Below are positions 38,378 through 49,698 of a DNA stretch of 64,000 bases, one piece after another. A program made the position numbers and the translations under genes. Under the pieces are notes generated by a model. That model saw only the letters and a program-made list of their open reading frames with translations, searched no databases and had not been told where the DNA came from. Source of the DNA: Zootoca vivipara (lineage: Eukaryota); the NCBI RefSeq assembly GCF_963506605.1, contig NC_083277.1:114824001-114888000 (forward strand), given 5' to 3'. Within the stretch, counting starts at the first letter, position 1. Each line of letters starts with the position of its first letter.

Positions 38378-38896
38378 AACACTGCAGCGTCGAGGCCAGG
38401 AGCCGTGCGGCCTCTGAGGCACCTCGGCTGCTCCTGCAAAGAAGGCCGCTTCCTTGCTCCAGGCCTGGCGGTGGCGGGGTGGCCCTTCCTCCTCGGGTCC
38501 TGCCCTGCGCTCCTCAAGTGGCGCAGCAGAGATGCGGTGGGGCCGGCGGTCATGGGTGTCCCGAGTGGGAGGGCCTCTGGCTTTGGCGGCGGACCTGCTG
38601 GTGGCAGCGACGGGGCGCTGGGCTGGCAACGGGGCCTGCTGGACTTGGAGCTCGGCGAGGCCGGCGGAGTCACGCTCCCCTTGCAGCAGCCTCCGCTGGG
38701 CAGGGAAGCGGAGCTGGGTGAGCTGGGCCGGCCCGTGCGCCTGGAGCTGAGCACCGCCGAGCATCGGCGCCAGGAGGAGAGCATCTGGAGCCACCAGAGG
38801 TGAGTGACTCGGAGCCAGGAGCCGTGCAGGCCGAAGGGAAGGGGGGGCGGCAAAAAAAATTGCGCCAGGGCGCTGGGTACCCTTAAAACAGCCCTG
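38378..38896. mobile_element. One-ended hAT element carrying a captured gene fragment
   Basis: Right end ...ttaaaacagccctg followed by gcagtgtt; left junction gcagtgt+aacactgca (palindromic footprint). Confidence 0.7.
38405..38799 (+). pseudogene. GALNT12: Captured GALNT12-like exon 1 fragment (polypeptide GalNAc-transferase N-terminus/stem)
   Basis: LGELGRPVRLELSTAEHRRQEESIWSHQ resembles GALNT12 LGARGEAVRLQLQGEELRLQEESVRLHQ; degenerate signal anchor upstream; ends at donor AG|gtgagt (38800). Confidence 0.7.
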
Positions 38897-40065
38897 GCAG
38901 TGTTTAGGTTCCAAGTTGTTTGAGTATCAAGGCATTTGAGAACCAAGATACCACTATAGTCCATGCATGCATGGTCTTTCCGTACTGACAGTTAAGGTGC
39001 TTCCAGATTGGAGATTTGTTGTGGAATCGTGGCTGCTCATACATGAACAAGGTTGTTGTTTTTTTACACTATCCACATAATGTCATCATTATAATAATTC
39101 CAGCTTGTATCTTTAAAAAAACAAATAAGCATTTCCTCTTAATGTGGAAAATCCGTTCAGTAAAGAAAAAGAAACATCAGTGATGCAACTTCATTCATTG
39201 CTTGTATGGAAGCTTGTCAATGCATTTTGGAGGGGAGGTTGCCATGAAACATTGGTGAATGGCCCCAGTCAACCAAACTCTTACTTCACACCTGAGCACA
39301 ACCTAGCCATTTTGTTCCAAGCAGCCGAATGTTTGCTCTTTTGTTCCATGTCTGGAATGGAATTTCAATCCAGCAAATGCAATTGGTATTCACAGTTGTT
39401 CTTGCTTTCAGGTTCCAAACAATGTGTTATTGATTACCTCCCCCTTCCATTATTTGCAAAATGATTTCTTTGCATTGAAATGAATGTTGCGGACTAATCA
39501 AATGACAACGTAATTAGGGCGAGGAAAAGTGTGGTGCTGTATTTCCGTGAAGGGGAGGGGAGCCTGTGTTCCTCAAGATATTGTGGGGCTCCAACTCCTG
39601 CCAGCCCCAGCTGGCACCGCTAATTAAGACTGGAGTTGCAATCCAGCCACCTCTGGAGGGCCACAGTTTTCCCACACCTGCTGCGCATAGCCATTGTGGC
39701 TAGCAGCCAGCCACTGACACAGCCTTGTCCTCCATAAATTCATCCGATCCCTTTTGAAAGCCATCCAAGGGCTAATCCACAGTTCCGTATGCTTCACTGT
39801 TTTTTCCTGGGAAAACCTACAGTTTAGGGCTGAATCGGGGGGGGGGGGGGACAGCAATTAGGTTTTCTGCAGACTGCTGTTTGTTCCAATTTAGCATTTT
39901 CCAGAGGGAAGCAAAGGCAAACCCACTTAGGCCCGTGCCTAGAATGCACAGGACAAGCAGAAGCGTGCATGAGCCCCAAGCAAGTTCCAAAGTTTAACTA
40001 TGTGCCGTATGAAGGAAGTACTTCCTTTTCTTGGTCCTGCTTCATTGATGTCCACAAGTGGACCT

Positions 40066-40206
40066 GGATAGCTCAGACGGTTAGTGTGTGGTGCTGATTA
40101 TGCCAAGCTTGCAGGTTCGATCCCTGTATGAGGCAGCTGCATAGTCCTGCATCGCAGGGGGTTGGACTAGATGATCCTCAGGGTCCCTTCCAACTGCACA
40201 TTTCTA
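40066..40206 (+). mobile_element. tRNA-derived SINE with CR1-like tail
   Basis: A box tagctcagacgg and B box ggttcgatccc followed by the CR1 3' end; no acceptor stem, so not a tRNA. Confidence 0.8.
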
Positions 40207-40649
40207 CGGTAAGTTCTAGTAGAGTTTGGAGAAAGGGAGGGCAAACATTTCTCTACCCACTTTCTCAGTGAGAACCTGGAGGCTGAGGAGAAAAACGAAT
40301 TGATCATCCCATTTCATGTTAGCTACACACACACACACACACACACGATTTTCAGTTTTATACATTTCAATACTTTTACAGTAACTAACATTTCACTTGA
40401 TTTCCTTCCCCTCTTTCTGCAGTTCCTTAAGTTCATTTTTAGTATTTTCTGCAAATTAGTTTTCTGTACACCGCTTAGAGGTACTTTTTTTTAATACGTG
40501 GTGGAGCACCATAAAAATTAAACCCTCCTCCTGCAAGAGACGCAAAAGAAATCATTATTGTTGTTGCTGTTAAATTAAATTTGTATCAAATAAAAAGCAG
40601 GACGTTTTACGCCACAAGCAGACCGTTTACGCCACAAGCAGCCTGCATT

Positions 40650-40834
40650 CGCAGCGCTCGCCTCCAGGGGGCAGCGTCGCGACAGGCCGAGCGCGCGGCC
40701 TGCGGCCTCGGGTCACGTGACAGGCAGCACAGCGACTCCGGAAGCGGAAGCGAGGCTTCGGGCATGCAGCACGAGCTCCCCCCGGCGGAGACGACGGGGC
40801 TGAGGGGAGGGGAGCCGGAGAGAGACCCAGGCAG
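40650..40834 (+). promoter_or_regulatory. MFSD5: MFSD5 CpG-island promoter and non-coding exon 1
   Basis: CTCF-like cctccagggggcagc (40661-40675), GTCACGTGAC (40712-40721), tandem ETS ccggaagcggaag (40738-40750), candidate donor GCAG|gttggt at 40835. Confidence 0.7.
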
Positions 40835-43717
40835 GTTGGTAAAGGGAAGGGCCATGGGGGGAGTTCGGTAGGGCGGCTAGGGGAGGGGAATCCCCCCCCT
40901 TCGGCCAAAGGGTCGGAAGCGAAGAGGGCTGGTGGGGGGGAGAGGCGAATTCGTTCGCGGGGCAGGAATGTGGGGAGGGTGCCCTGCAAGAAGCGGGGGT
41001 CGGGGAAGGGCATGTTGCTTCCTCCCCTTCCCACTCTGGAAATGCGGGTGGAGGGTACTCTTGCATTAGGGCTGCCACCTTTGTTCTGGGGCGCGATTTA
41101 TTTCCCTTTCCCCCCCAATCCATTACAATCTTACAACTCACACACAACATGAAATTGTAAATCTGCCTGTGCCTGACTCCGCTACATGACGTTTCACACA
41201 CCTGCCTTTGCAGAGGTTCCCTAACTTGGCAGAGAGAGGGACAGAGAGAATCATAGAATCACGTGGAAACCTGGCCAGATGGGCGGGGTATAAATAATGA
41301 TAATAATTACTATTATTATTATCATAATCATGTATGTAGTCGGAAGGGACCCGAGGGTATCATAGAGTCCCAACCCGCTGCAGTGCAGGACTATGCCGCT
41401 GTCCCATAAGGGGATGGAACCTGCAGCCTTGGTGTTATCAGCACCTCACTCTGACCAACTGAGCTATCCAGGCTGACCTGGATAGAAAGAAAAGACCTGA
41501 AATACAGGGCAAACGATCAACACAGGACGTACATTTTGCATTGAAATAGGGACAATCCTGAATTATACAGGACAGGTGGCAACCCTAGCTCTGCATGCAA
41601 CCATCTCCCCTGGTTGGTGGTGTGGAGAGAACTTTTCTCTGTTTCACCTCAGAAGTGCCGTGTGTGTAGGGATTTGGGCTATATGGGGAGGAGGTGTATC
41701 GAAGCCTGCCCCCCCTCCTCAGGCTTAGTCAAAGTGTCTTCTGTTGCTGAGCTGCTGTGGCTTGGGAGCTAATAGCTTAACCTAAATCTAGTACACACAG
41801 TGTTTTGAGGACACTGTGTTGGCATTGCCTGCCTTAATTTACTTAGGGTGCACACTTGCCTCCTGTGAGTAAGCCCCATTGAGTTCAATAGGACATACTT
41901 CCCAATAGTAATAATAGTAATAATAATTTTATTATTGTACCCTGTCCATCTGACTGGGTTGCCCCAGCCACTCTGGATCCACAGGATTGCGTTGTTAGTA
42001 CAGTATATTTTCTGTAACTAATACTTTTGAGTTAATAAATCACAGTTAAAAAACAAATAACTTAAGGTACTATTACATGGATTTAGGCAGTGCTATTTTT
42101 CCAGAAAATGAGGTGCCGGAACTCACTATGAACACCTCCCTCTTTCTCTTAGAATGGCAATGGCACCCACCTAAGAGCTGCCAGAACTCACCTGAGCAAT
42201 GCTGGAACTGAGTTCCGATGAGTTCTCCCTTAAAAAAAGCACTGATTTTAGGATACCAGACTTCCACGCTTTCCTAAATCTGATTGCAAAAGCCAAATAA
42301 GCCCATTCATGCTTTGTTTAGATCTAAACTGTGCTGCTCCTTTAAAGCTTGGGGAAATAAAATACTGTACTCTTAGTTCCTCTATTCTCCTAATACTATT
42401 GTGAAGCAGGTGGCTGTTCTGTTCTAAAGAAAATCTCCTACTACAGGCATTGGAGATGAATCTGATGAAGAGTTGAGCATAAATTGAAAACCTGCATAGG
42501 ACAGGTGTCTGACCAGTAAATAGAGAGAGTCACATTTTTAGGGATCAGTGATAATTAGTTCTACAATGGAAGGTTATAGAGGCAAAACATTCGGGGTTTG
42601 TGAGGAAACATTATGCGTTTTCAATTGCTTTCTGAAGTATTGAGTTTAAACTGCTCTTTCTGGTTTTCATTGTTAATATTTGCATAGAGGTAAGGTGTGG
42701 GTGTTGATCTTTATCGGGTTAACATGAGAGCTAAAAGCTCCATAGCCGAGTTGTAGGAAAGTTGTAATTCAGGATTGCCACAATAATATTACACTCTCAG
42801 ATATTTTTAGTGGCTTTTGCCTCCTGGCTGTAGAGTTATTACAGACATTTTAATGATAGGCTGCAAAGGAGTCCTTGGGAGACAGTTTTGTAGTTCAGCC
42901 AAAAAGTTACTGTACTCTTGATTGCTCCCAAGCTGTGTGGTGGAGGAGATGGCTAGTTTAGCTGGTTGAGCTTGTTTTTCACTGCTCATATGGGAAGCAT
43001 TTGAAACAGCATGAGGAATACTTGGCTGTAGCAGCCTCTAGTAACCTCAGGCTCACTCAGTTTCTTTTTCTTAGCTTTGAGGAGGTGCAAGATAGTTCCT
43101 CGGGGGTCTCCTTGCTAGCTTTGCCTTTTCTTGCTGCCCCTGCCATATCTCCCTTTGGAGCCAATCCCTTTGGCTCTCACTATCCCGGTGGTCTTTACAC
43201 AGTAGTTTATCTGAGCTACTGAGAGGGCTGCTTTACACTTAAGTCTCTGGACTCTGGAGCAATCACTTCCTTGCAGTTCCCAAAAGTTAAGGTTCAGTTT
43301 TTAAAAAATGAAGTTATGTTTCAGGCAGCGGAGAGCATTGCAACAGATCTTACTTTGCATATAGTGTGGGACGCTGATCAAGGTTAGTATGCATTATTTT
43401 TGTCTCTTCTTTGACTCTGGTATGCGGAAAGTAATTGGGCATCATGAAAAGTCTCAACTTATTTTAGGGTGGGGGTAGGCATGGATTGTATCTCTCATGG
43501 TGGTGGGGGGAAAATCTTAAAGTAATTTGGCTTTAGCAGTAGAACAAATCTGTCTCTTCCCTTCTCACTTGAATGCCCAGCATTGCTCCCCATTCCTCTA
43601 TCCTGGGGGTGGAGAGCCTGCGGCCCTTCACATATTGTTCGATACTTCATCTCTGACCATGCTGGCTGGGAGTGATGCCAGTTAGAAGTCCAGGACAATC
43701 TTGAGGTTAGGTTAGGT

Positions 43718-44099
43718 AAAAGGTAAAGGACTGGTTAAGTCCAGTCAAAGGTGACTATGGGGTTGTGGAGCTCATCTTGCTTTCAGGGTGAGGGAGCCGG
43801 CGTTTGTCCATAGGCAGTTTTCCGGGTCATGTGGCCAGCATGACTAAACCACTTCTGGTGCACTGGAACACCGTGGAAACCAGAGTGCACAGAAATGTAA
43901 TTATTATTATTTGCCTTCCCGCTGCAACGGTACCTATTTATCTACTTCCACTGGCGTATTTTTTTTTGAACTGCTAGGTTGGCAGGAGCTGGCACAGAGC
44001 AACGGGAGCTCACCCCGTCATGGGGATTCGAACCGCCAACTTCTGATTGGCAAGCCCAAGAGGCTCAGTGGTTTAGACCATATCGCTACCCGCATCCCT
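43718..44099 (-). mobile_element. Sauria SINE
   Basis: Reverse homologue of 11948-12299, flanked by (ggtta)n. Confidence 0.85.
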
Positions 44100-44455
44100 G
44101 GTTAGGTTAGGTTAGGGAACATTAGGTTCCTTAACTCCTTTTTGCTACTAATCTTCATATGCTTCTGGTTTTGCACTCTCTCTCATTTGTTATTCTTGTC
44201 TCTGCCAACTTTAAGAACTACAAGATGAAATTGAAAGATAAGCTAATGTATATGTGGAAGCTAGCCGCGTTGTTATACGCACACCACCTTGTATGCTCAG
44301 AAATACCACTCTGTGGCTTGTGAACCTAAGGATTGCCCTGCTGGAGAAGACCAGAGGTTCACCTAGTCCACTACGCTCCTAGAGTAGTGTTTTTCCACCG
44401 GTGAAGCATATGAATATATTGGGCAGGTGGGTGGGACCTGAGTGTTCCCAAAGAA

Positions 44456-44583
44456 CAGGCATCCCCAAATTTCGGCCCTCCAGATGTTTTGGACTACAGT
44501 TTCCATCATCCCTAACCACTGGTCCTGTTAGCTAGGGAGTTGTAGGCCAAAACATCTGGAGGGACGCAGTTTAGGGATGCCTG
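44456..44583. mobile_element. hAT MITE (caggcatcccc family)
   Basis: Perfect 8-bp TSD ccaaagaa. Confidence 0.92.
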
Positions 44584-44849
44584 CCAAAGAATATGTACAA
44601 TATGAGTAAAATAATAATAATCAAGTTTATTTAATTTCCATCAATTTAAAAATGCAATTAAAGTAAGATGGGAGGTATGGGATTTCTGTAATTGCAAAGA
44701 TGGAACATGGGTTAGAAAACAATTGAGAAGCATTGCTCTAGGGCACTTAACAAACAGCCTGAAGATGATTGATCTTTTGTTGTGTATAGCCAGCATTTTG
44801 GTACTTAGAGCTATATTGCTTATGAATGGAAGGCTCATTTAGCAGTGTA

Positions 44850-45460
44850 TCTATATATATATATATATAAATGTAAACTGAGCATGTGGGTGTGTTTCCA
44901 CTTTTCACCAAAACCGCTTGACCGATTGAGGTGTAATTTTGACACAACATCACATGTGAATGTCCGAAGGCTATAGGAAAGTTTGTGTCACCTACACCAG
45001 GTAAAACCCCATGTTTCAGAACTCACAAATCATATGAAAGTGCATGCTGGGAGCACAGGAGAGGTTGCAAACCAGCGCCCTCTAGTGACGGCTACACTGG
45101 TACTGCACCTAGGAAAGCTTCCCTCTCCACAGCATCTCGGCTTGGCTTTGCAGACTAGGCCGCTTTCCAGACTAGGCCTAGGCTGCTTTCCAGACTACTG
45201 CTTTCCAGGCTTGCCTGGGTGGGGGATGGGGGGAGGAGGTGGGCGGGATAGGTCATGGGTCAGGACAGGGTGCGCCCAATCACAGGGATGAGCCAGGGGG
45301 GGAGGAGGGGGCGGGATAGGTCATGGGTCAGGACAGGGTGGGGGGAGTCACAGGGATGCGTAAAACAGGGGGGCTCTGAAAGTGAGGGGAGTCTGAAGGC
45401 GGACTCTGAGGCTCCATTTAACAGACTGAGCCACAGCAACGCGTGGCAGGGCCCAGCTAG
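44850..45460 (+). mobile_element. Non-autonomous Helitron in MFSD5 intron
   Basis: 5' TCtatatata; 3' hairpin gccacagcaacgcgtggc then CTAG; inserted between A and T with no TSD. Confidence 0.8.
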
Positions 45461-46009
45461 TTATAAATATTAGTAGCATGAAAGGAGAAATTGACCCTCT
45501 TCTAGTTTACACAAAACTTTCTTTCTTTTTCTTTTTTCCAATTTTTTTTATTGATTTTCTAAACACATATAAAATAACAAAGAGCAACAATACCTGGAGG
45601 TGACTCCCATTTGTTGCAGATGGCCAGGCAATTAAATGTTCACTTAATGTACTCATTGTTTCAAAATGTGTTCAAAGTTTTGCGGTGTTGTCATTCATTC
45701 ATTTAAAAACATGTATTCAAAAGTTACAATACAGTTATAATACAATACTGTATATTTTCAATCAATATACCCCCTCCACAGACACCTCTGTGATGATGGT
45801 GGCATTAAAATATCCTGTTCTTCTTCAAAAAAAGAGAAAAAGACCAGATTGTGTCAAAGGTATCTTTTTCGGAGATGCCTTTGATTTGTCACTGATGGTA
45901 TGTGAGGCGTTTTGATAGAGCAATTCTCCAGATGTTATTAACCCAAACCTCTATTGGTATACCGTATTAGATTCCATTGTTGGACAATAACTAGTCTACC
46001 GGTAGCTGC

Positions 46010-46262
46010 TGTGAACAGTAAGGAAATGGATTCTTTAGATTTAAGGGTAGAATTTGGTGTCAAATCTAATGATAATACGGCAAGTGATAATACGGAGGGA
46101 TAGATTGTTTAGTGATTTTGGAGGTCAGATTAAAAACTTTTTCCCAAAAGGAATGGACCACAGGGCACTCCCACCATACATGAATATAGGAACCTCTTTC
46201 TCCACAGCCTTTCCAACATAATGGTGAGCTTAGAGGATTTATCTGTGCAAGGCGGGGTGTCA
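46010..46262 (-). mobile_element. L1-type LINE ORF2 zinc-knuckle fragment
   Basis: CWKGCGERGSYIHVWWECP..FW motif. Confidence 0.85.
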
Positions 46263-46510
46263 TCTTTAGTGTGCGGGGTGTGTGAGTGTGTTAAGACTGC
46301 ACAAAGTGTGCACTGACTACATACAGTTTGTGCCAAGCTTTTTCAGAAGTGTAAATGCACCACAGATAAACTCTGTTCTGCCCACCTCCAAGTCTTGCTG
46401 CAAAGCTGCCTAGTGCAAATTGTTACATCCGTACCTCTTGTGTTCTTCTCTTTCAGGTGTGTTGGGAGCAGGTATCGGGAGATGCGATGCACACGATGAT
46501 TTAGAACACC

Positions 46511-47869
46511 ATGCTGGTCACTGCCTATGTTGCTTTTGCCTTCCTCCTGCTGATATGCATTGGCTTGGAGTTCTCTGCCTGCCGTTCCAAGATCACCGGC
46601 AGGTCTTGCTCCAACCCAGCCTTCCTGCGGTTCCAGCTAGACTATTATCAGGTCTACTTCTTGGCCCTTGCCGCTGATTGGCTGCAAGGACCTTATCTCT
46701 ATAAACTGTACCACCACTACCACTTCTTGGAGGCTCAGATCACCATCATCTACGTCTGCGGCTTTGCCTCCAGCGTGCTGTTTGGGCTGGTCTCCAGCTC
46801 CTTGGTTGACCGCTTGGGCCGTAAGAAATCCTGCATCCTCTTCTCCTTGACTTACTCCATCTGCTGCCTCACAAAGCTCTCCTGGGATTATTTTGTGCTC
46901 ATTGTGGGAAGGATATTAGGGGGGCTGTCCACTGCCCTGCTCTTTTCTGCCTTCGAGGCGTGGTACGTCCACGAGCACGTGGAACGCCACGACTTCCCGG
47001 CCGAGTGGATCCCCGCTACCTTCTCCAAGGCAGCTTTTTGGAATGGCATCATCGCTATCGGAGCCGGCGTGGTCGCCAACGTCTTTGCAGAATGGCTGGG
47101 GCTGGGCCCGGTGGCCCCCTTCATGGTCTCCATCCCCTTTCTCATGCTGGCAGGTGTCCTGGCGATGAAGAACTGGGATGAAAATTATGGCAAGAAGAGG
47201 GCTCTCTCGAGGACTTGCACTGATGGCTTGAAGTGCCTCCTCTCAGACCGCCGGGTCTTGCTTTTGGGTACCATCCAGGCTTTGTTTGAGAGTGTCATCT
47301 ACATCTTCATCTTCCTTTGGACTCCTGTCCTGGATCCTCACAACCCACCCCTGGGCATAGTCTTCTCTAGTTTCATGGCGGCCAGCATGGCAGGCTCATC
47401 ACTCTACCGCGTCGCAACCTCCAAGAAATACCACCTGCAGCCCATGCACATCCTTTCCCTCTCAGTCCTGATGGTTTTCTTCTCCCTCTTCATGCTGACT
47501 TTCTCTACCAACCCTGGGCAGGAGAACCCTTCCGAGTCCTTCTTGGCCTTCCTGCTCATTGAGCTGTCTTGCGGGCTCTACTTCCCTTCTATGGGTTTTT
47601 TGCGGCAGAAGGTGATCCCCGAGAAGGACCAGGCAGGTGTCGTGCACTGGTTCCGCGTCCCGCTCAACCTGCTGGCATGCCTCGGCCTGCTGATCCTCCA
47701 CGACAGCGACTACAAGACAGGCACCAGGAACATGTTCACCATCTGCTCTGTCATGATGGTGATGGCCCTTCTGGCCGTCGTGAGCCTCTTCACGGTGGTC
47801 CGTAACAATGCAGAGCTCAGGTTGCCCAGTCCACCTGGTCAAAGCGAGGTCTCTTCTCCTGAGCTCTGA
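46511..47869 (+). CDS. MFSD5: Major facilitator superfamily domain-containing protein 5 (molybdate-anion transporter), 452 aa
   Basis: MLVTAY.AF..LL...NPAFLRFQLDYYQVYFLALAADWLQGPYLYKLY; multi-TM; accATG; acceptor at 46456; next to ESPL1. Confidence 0.97.
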   Translation: MLVTAYVAFAFLLLICIGLEFSACRSKITGRSCSNPAFLRFQLDYYQVYFLALAADWLQGPYLYKLYHHYHFLEAQITIIYVCGFASSVLFGLVSSSLVDRLGRKKSCILFSLTYSICCLTKLSWDYFVLIVGRILGGLSTALLFSAFEAWYVHEHVERHDFPAEWIPATFSKAAFWNGIIAIGAGVVANVFAEWLGLGPVAPFMVSIPFLMLAGVLAMKNWDENYGKKRALSRTCTDGLKCLLSDRRVLLLGTIQALFESVIYIFIFLWTPVLDPHNPPLGIVFSSFMAASMAGSSLYRVATSKKYHLQPMHILSLSVLMVFFSLFMLTFSTNPGQENPSESFLAFLLIELSCGLYFPSMGFLRQKVIPEKDQAGVVHWFRVPLNLLACLGLLILHDSDYKTGTRNMFTICSVMMVMALLAVVSLFTVVRNNAELRLPSPPGQSEVSSPEL

Positions 47870-48350
47870 TATGTGATGCTTTTTCTTGGGGGAAGATGCT
47901 CTGGAGTTGGCCAGTCGTCTGCTGCACATCACAGTGCTGGTACTGTATATAGGCAAGGACTCTGCAGAGAGAACACAAGAGTCTCTTCTGACTCTTGTGT
48001 GTCCTTTTTCCCCACAAGGGAGAATCTTTTCTATGCCTTTTTCAATAAGGATTGATCCCCATCGGATTTGATCTGTGGCAAGCATAGCTTTTCTTTTCTG
48101 CACCGTGGAGTTTTTGATTCCCAAGGCACCTTGACTTCTACCAAATTTTCTGTGTGTGAGGGTGTGGGGATTGCTTCCTACCACTTCATCCTGGATAGAT
48201 TGTGGAAAGTAATGGTTGAAAAGGACACAGCCCTCTATTTTTTTTTTAAGTGAGCAGTGAGGTTGATAGACTGACCATCTGTTATCAGTATTGAACTTGT
48301 TCATAATGTCAGCCAAATTCCATGTTGTCAACCCTCTGCTTATGGAAAAG

Positions 48351-48356
48351 AATAAA
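48351..48356 (+). terminator. MFSD5 polyadenylation signal
   Basis: AATAAA ~480 nt after the stop codon. Confidence 0.65.
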
Positions 48357-48774
48357 ATACATAAAGCTTCTCCTCTCAGTGTTAATTGGGGGGGGGGGGT
48401 AATATGGTAAGACCTTCATGGTTCAGGCCCAGGATTGAGTATTGGTGTCTCTTCAGATGCTTTAACTACAGTTCCCATCATTCCTGACCATTGGGTGTGC
48501 TAGCGTAGGAGGGAAGGGAGAGGGCAAACCCTTCATGCGCACAAATGAAGACCCTGCATTGCTCAAACTTCTCCCTTCCTACTACATAACTGATTTTAGA
48601 GTTGCAACATTTTTAGAGGACGGGCAGAAAGGAGAACCTGAAAGGTTTTCCACATAATTTGATCCGTAACAGGAAACACAACTTCTGTTATCAAGCGAAA
48701 GAATATGAAAGGGTTGTCTTTTAGCAAATGTCTTGAGACAGAGATAGAAATCATAGAATTGTAGAATTGGAAAA

Positions 48775-49160
48775 TTGGAAATTTCTATCATTGCTGGTGG
48801 ACATGCCCCAAGGTGGCGGAATTCTGGAATAAGATATATGAAAAAATGAAAAAGCTGTTAAAATGTACTTTCCAAAAAAGTCCTGAAACCTTCCTTTTAA
48901 GTATGACCGCTTCAAATGTCCCAAAGGACAGAGTAAATATCTTGCTTTATGCATGTGCAGCGGCAAGGGTTTTGATTGCATCGAAATGGAAAGGAGTTAG
49001 CTTACCAACAGTCCAGGAATGGCAAGAAAAACTGGTTGAATACCTGAGGATGGCGAAATTAACTGCAATAATTAGGAATGTTCCGAGGCAAAAGATAATG
49101 GGGGAATGGAAATATGTACAAGACTACTTGGAAAAAGAAAATTTAGAATGCTTAGAATAG
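48775..49160 (+). mobile_element. L1-type LINE ORF2 C-terminal fragment
   Basis: FYHCWWTCPKVAEFWNKI...LLYACAAARVLIASKWK...PTVQEW. Confidence 0.85.
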
Positions 49161-49483
49161 AGATATAAAAGGAGAGGTTAAATTATAAAGCAAAGAGAAA
49201 TACTTCTCGTTTCAGGGAATTTCACGGTTGATATTTAGTTTGTGTTTACACTTGGAAAGATAGCATGAAAATGTTTTCATAGTAACGGATGCTCAGACTA
49301 AAAAAGGTGGAGGTGTGGTAAGTGTTGTTAATGACCAGTATGAGACACTTTACAGCAGGTAAAGTGCAGGTATTAATTTATTGTTTATTTTATTATTAAA
49401 TTTGCATACCACCCTCCATCCAAAGATCTCAGGTTCACAGCAAAAAGAAAGAAAGAAAGAAAGAAAGATGAAAACACAAAATA

Positions 49484-49698
49484 CAGTGGTACCTCAGGTT
49501 ACAGACGCTTCAGGTTACAGACTCTGCTAACCCAGAAATAGTACCTCGGGTTAAGAACTTTGCTTCAGGATGAGAACAGAAATTGCACGGCAGCAGCAGG
49601 AGGCCCCATTAGCTAAAGTGGTGCTTCAGGTTAAGAACAGTTTCAGGTTAAGAACGGACCTCCAGAACGAATTAAGTTCTTAACCCGAGGTACCGCTG
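49484..49698. mobile_element. Tc1/mariner (Tigger-like) MITE
   Basis: ta|cagtggtacctcaggtt...aacccgaggtaccgctg|ta. Confidence 0.85.

Larger units (their letters stand above)
37936..38956. mobile_element. Tc1/mariner (Tigger-like) element interrupted by a cargo-bearing hAT remnant
   Basis: TIR cagtggtaccttggttctcaaac/tttgagaaccaagataccacta; TA flanks; short taacactcaaa..ggaag repeats. Confidence 0.85.

Noticed and set aside
40066-40140. tRNA gene
   Set aside because: Degenerate cloverleaf fused to a CR1-type tail with multiple diverged copies, so a SINE
47462-48331. 289-aa antisense ORF over MFSD5
   Set aside because: Antisense shadow with no domain
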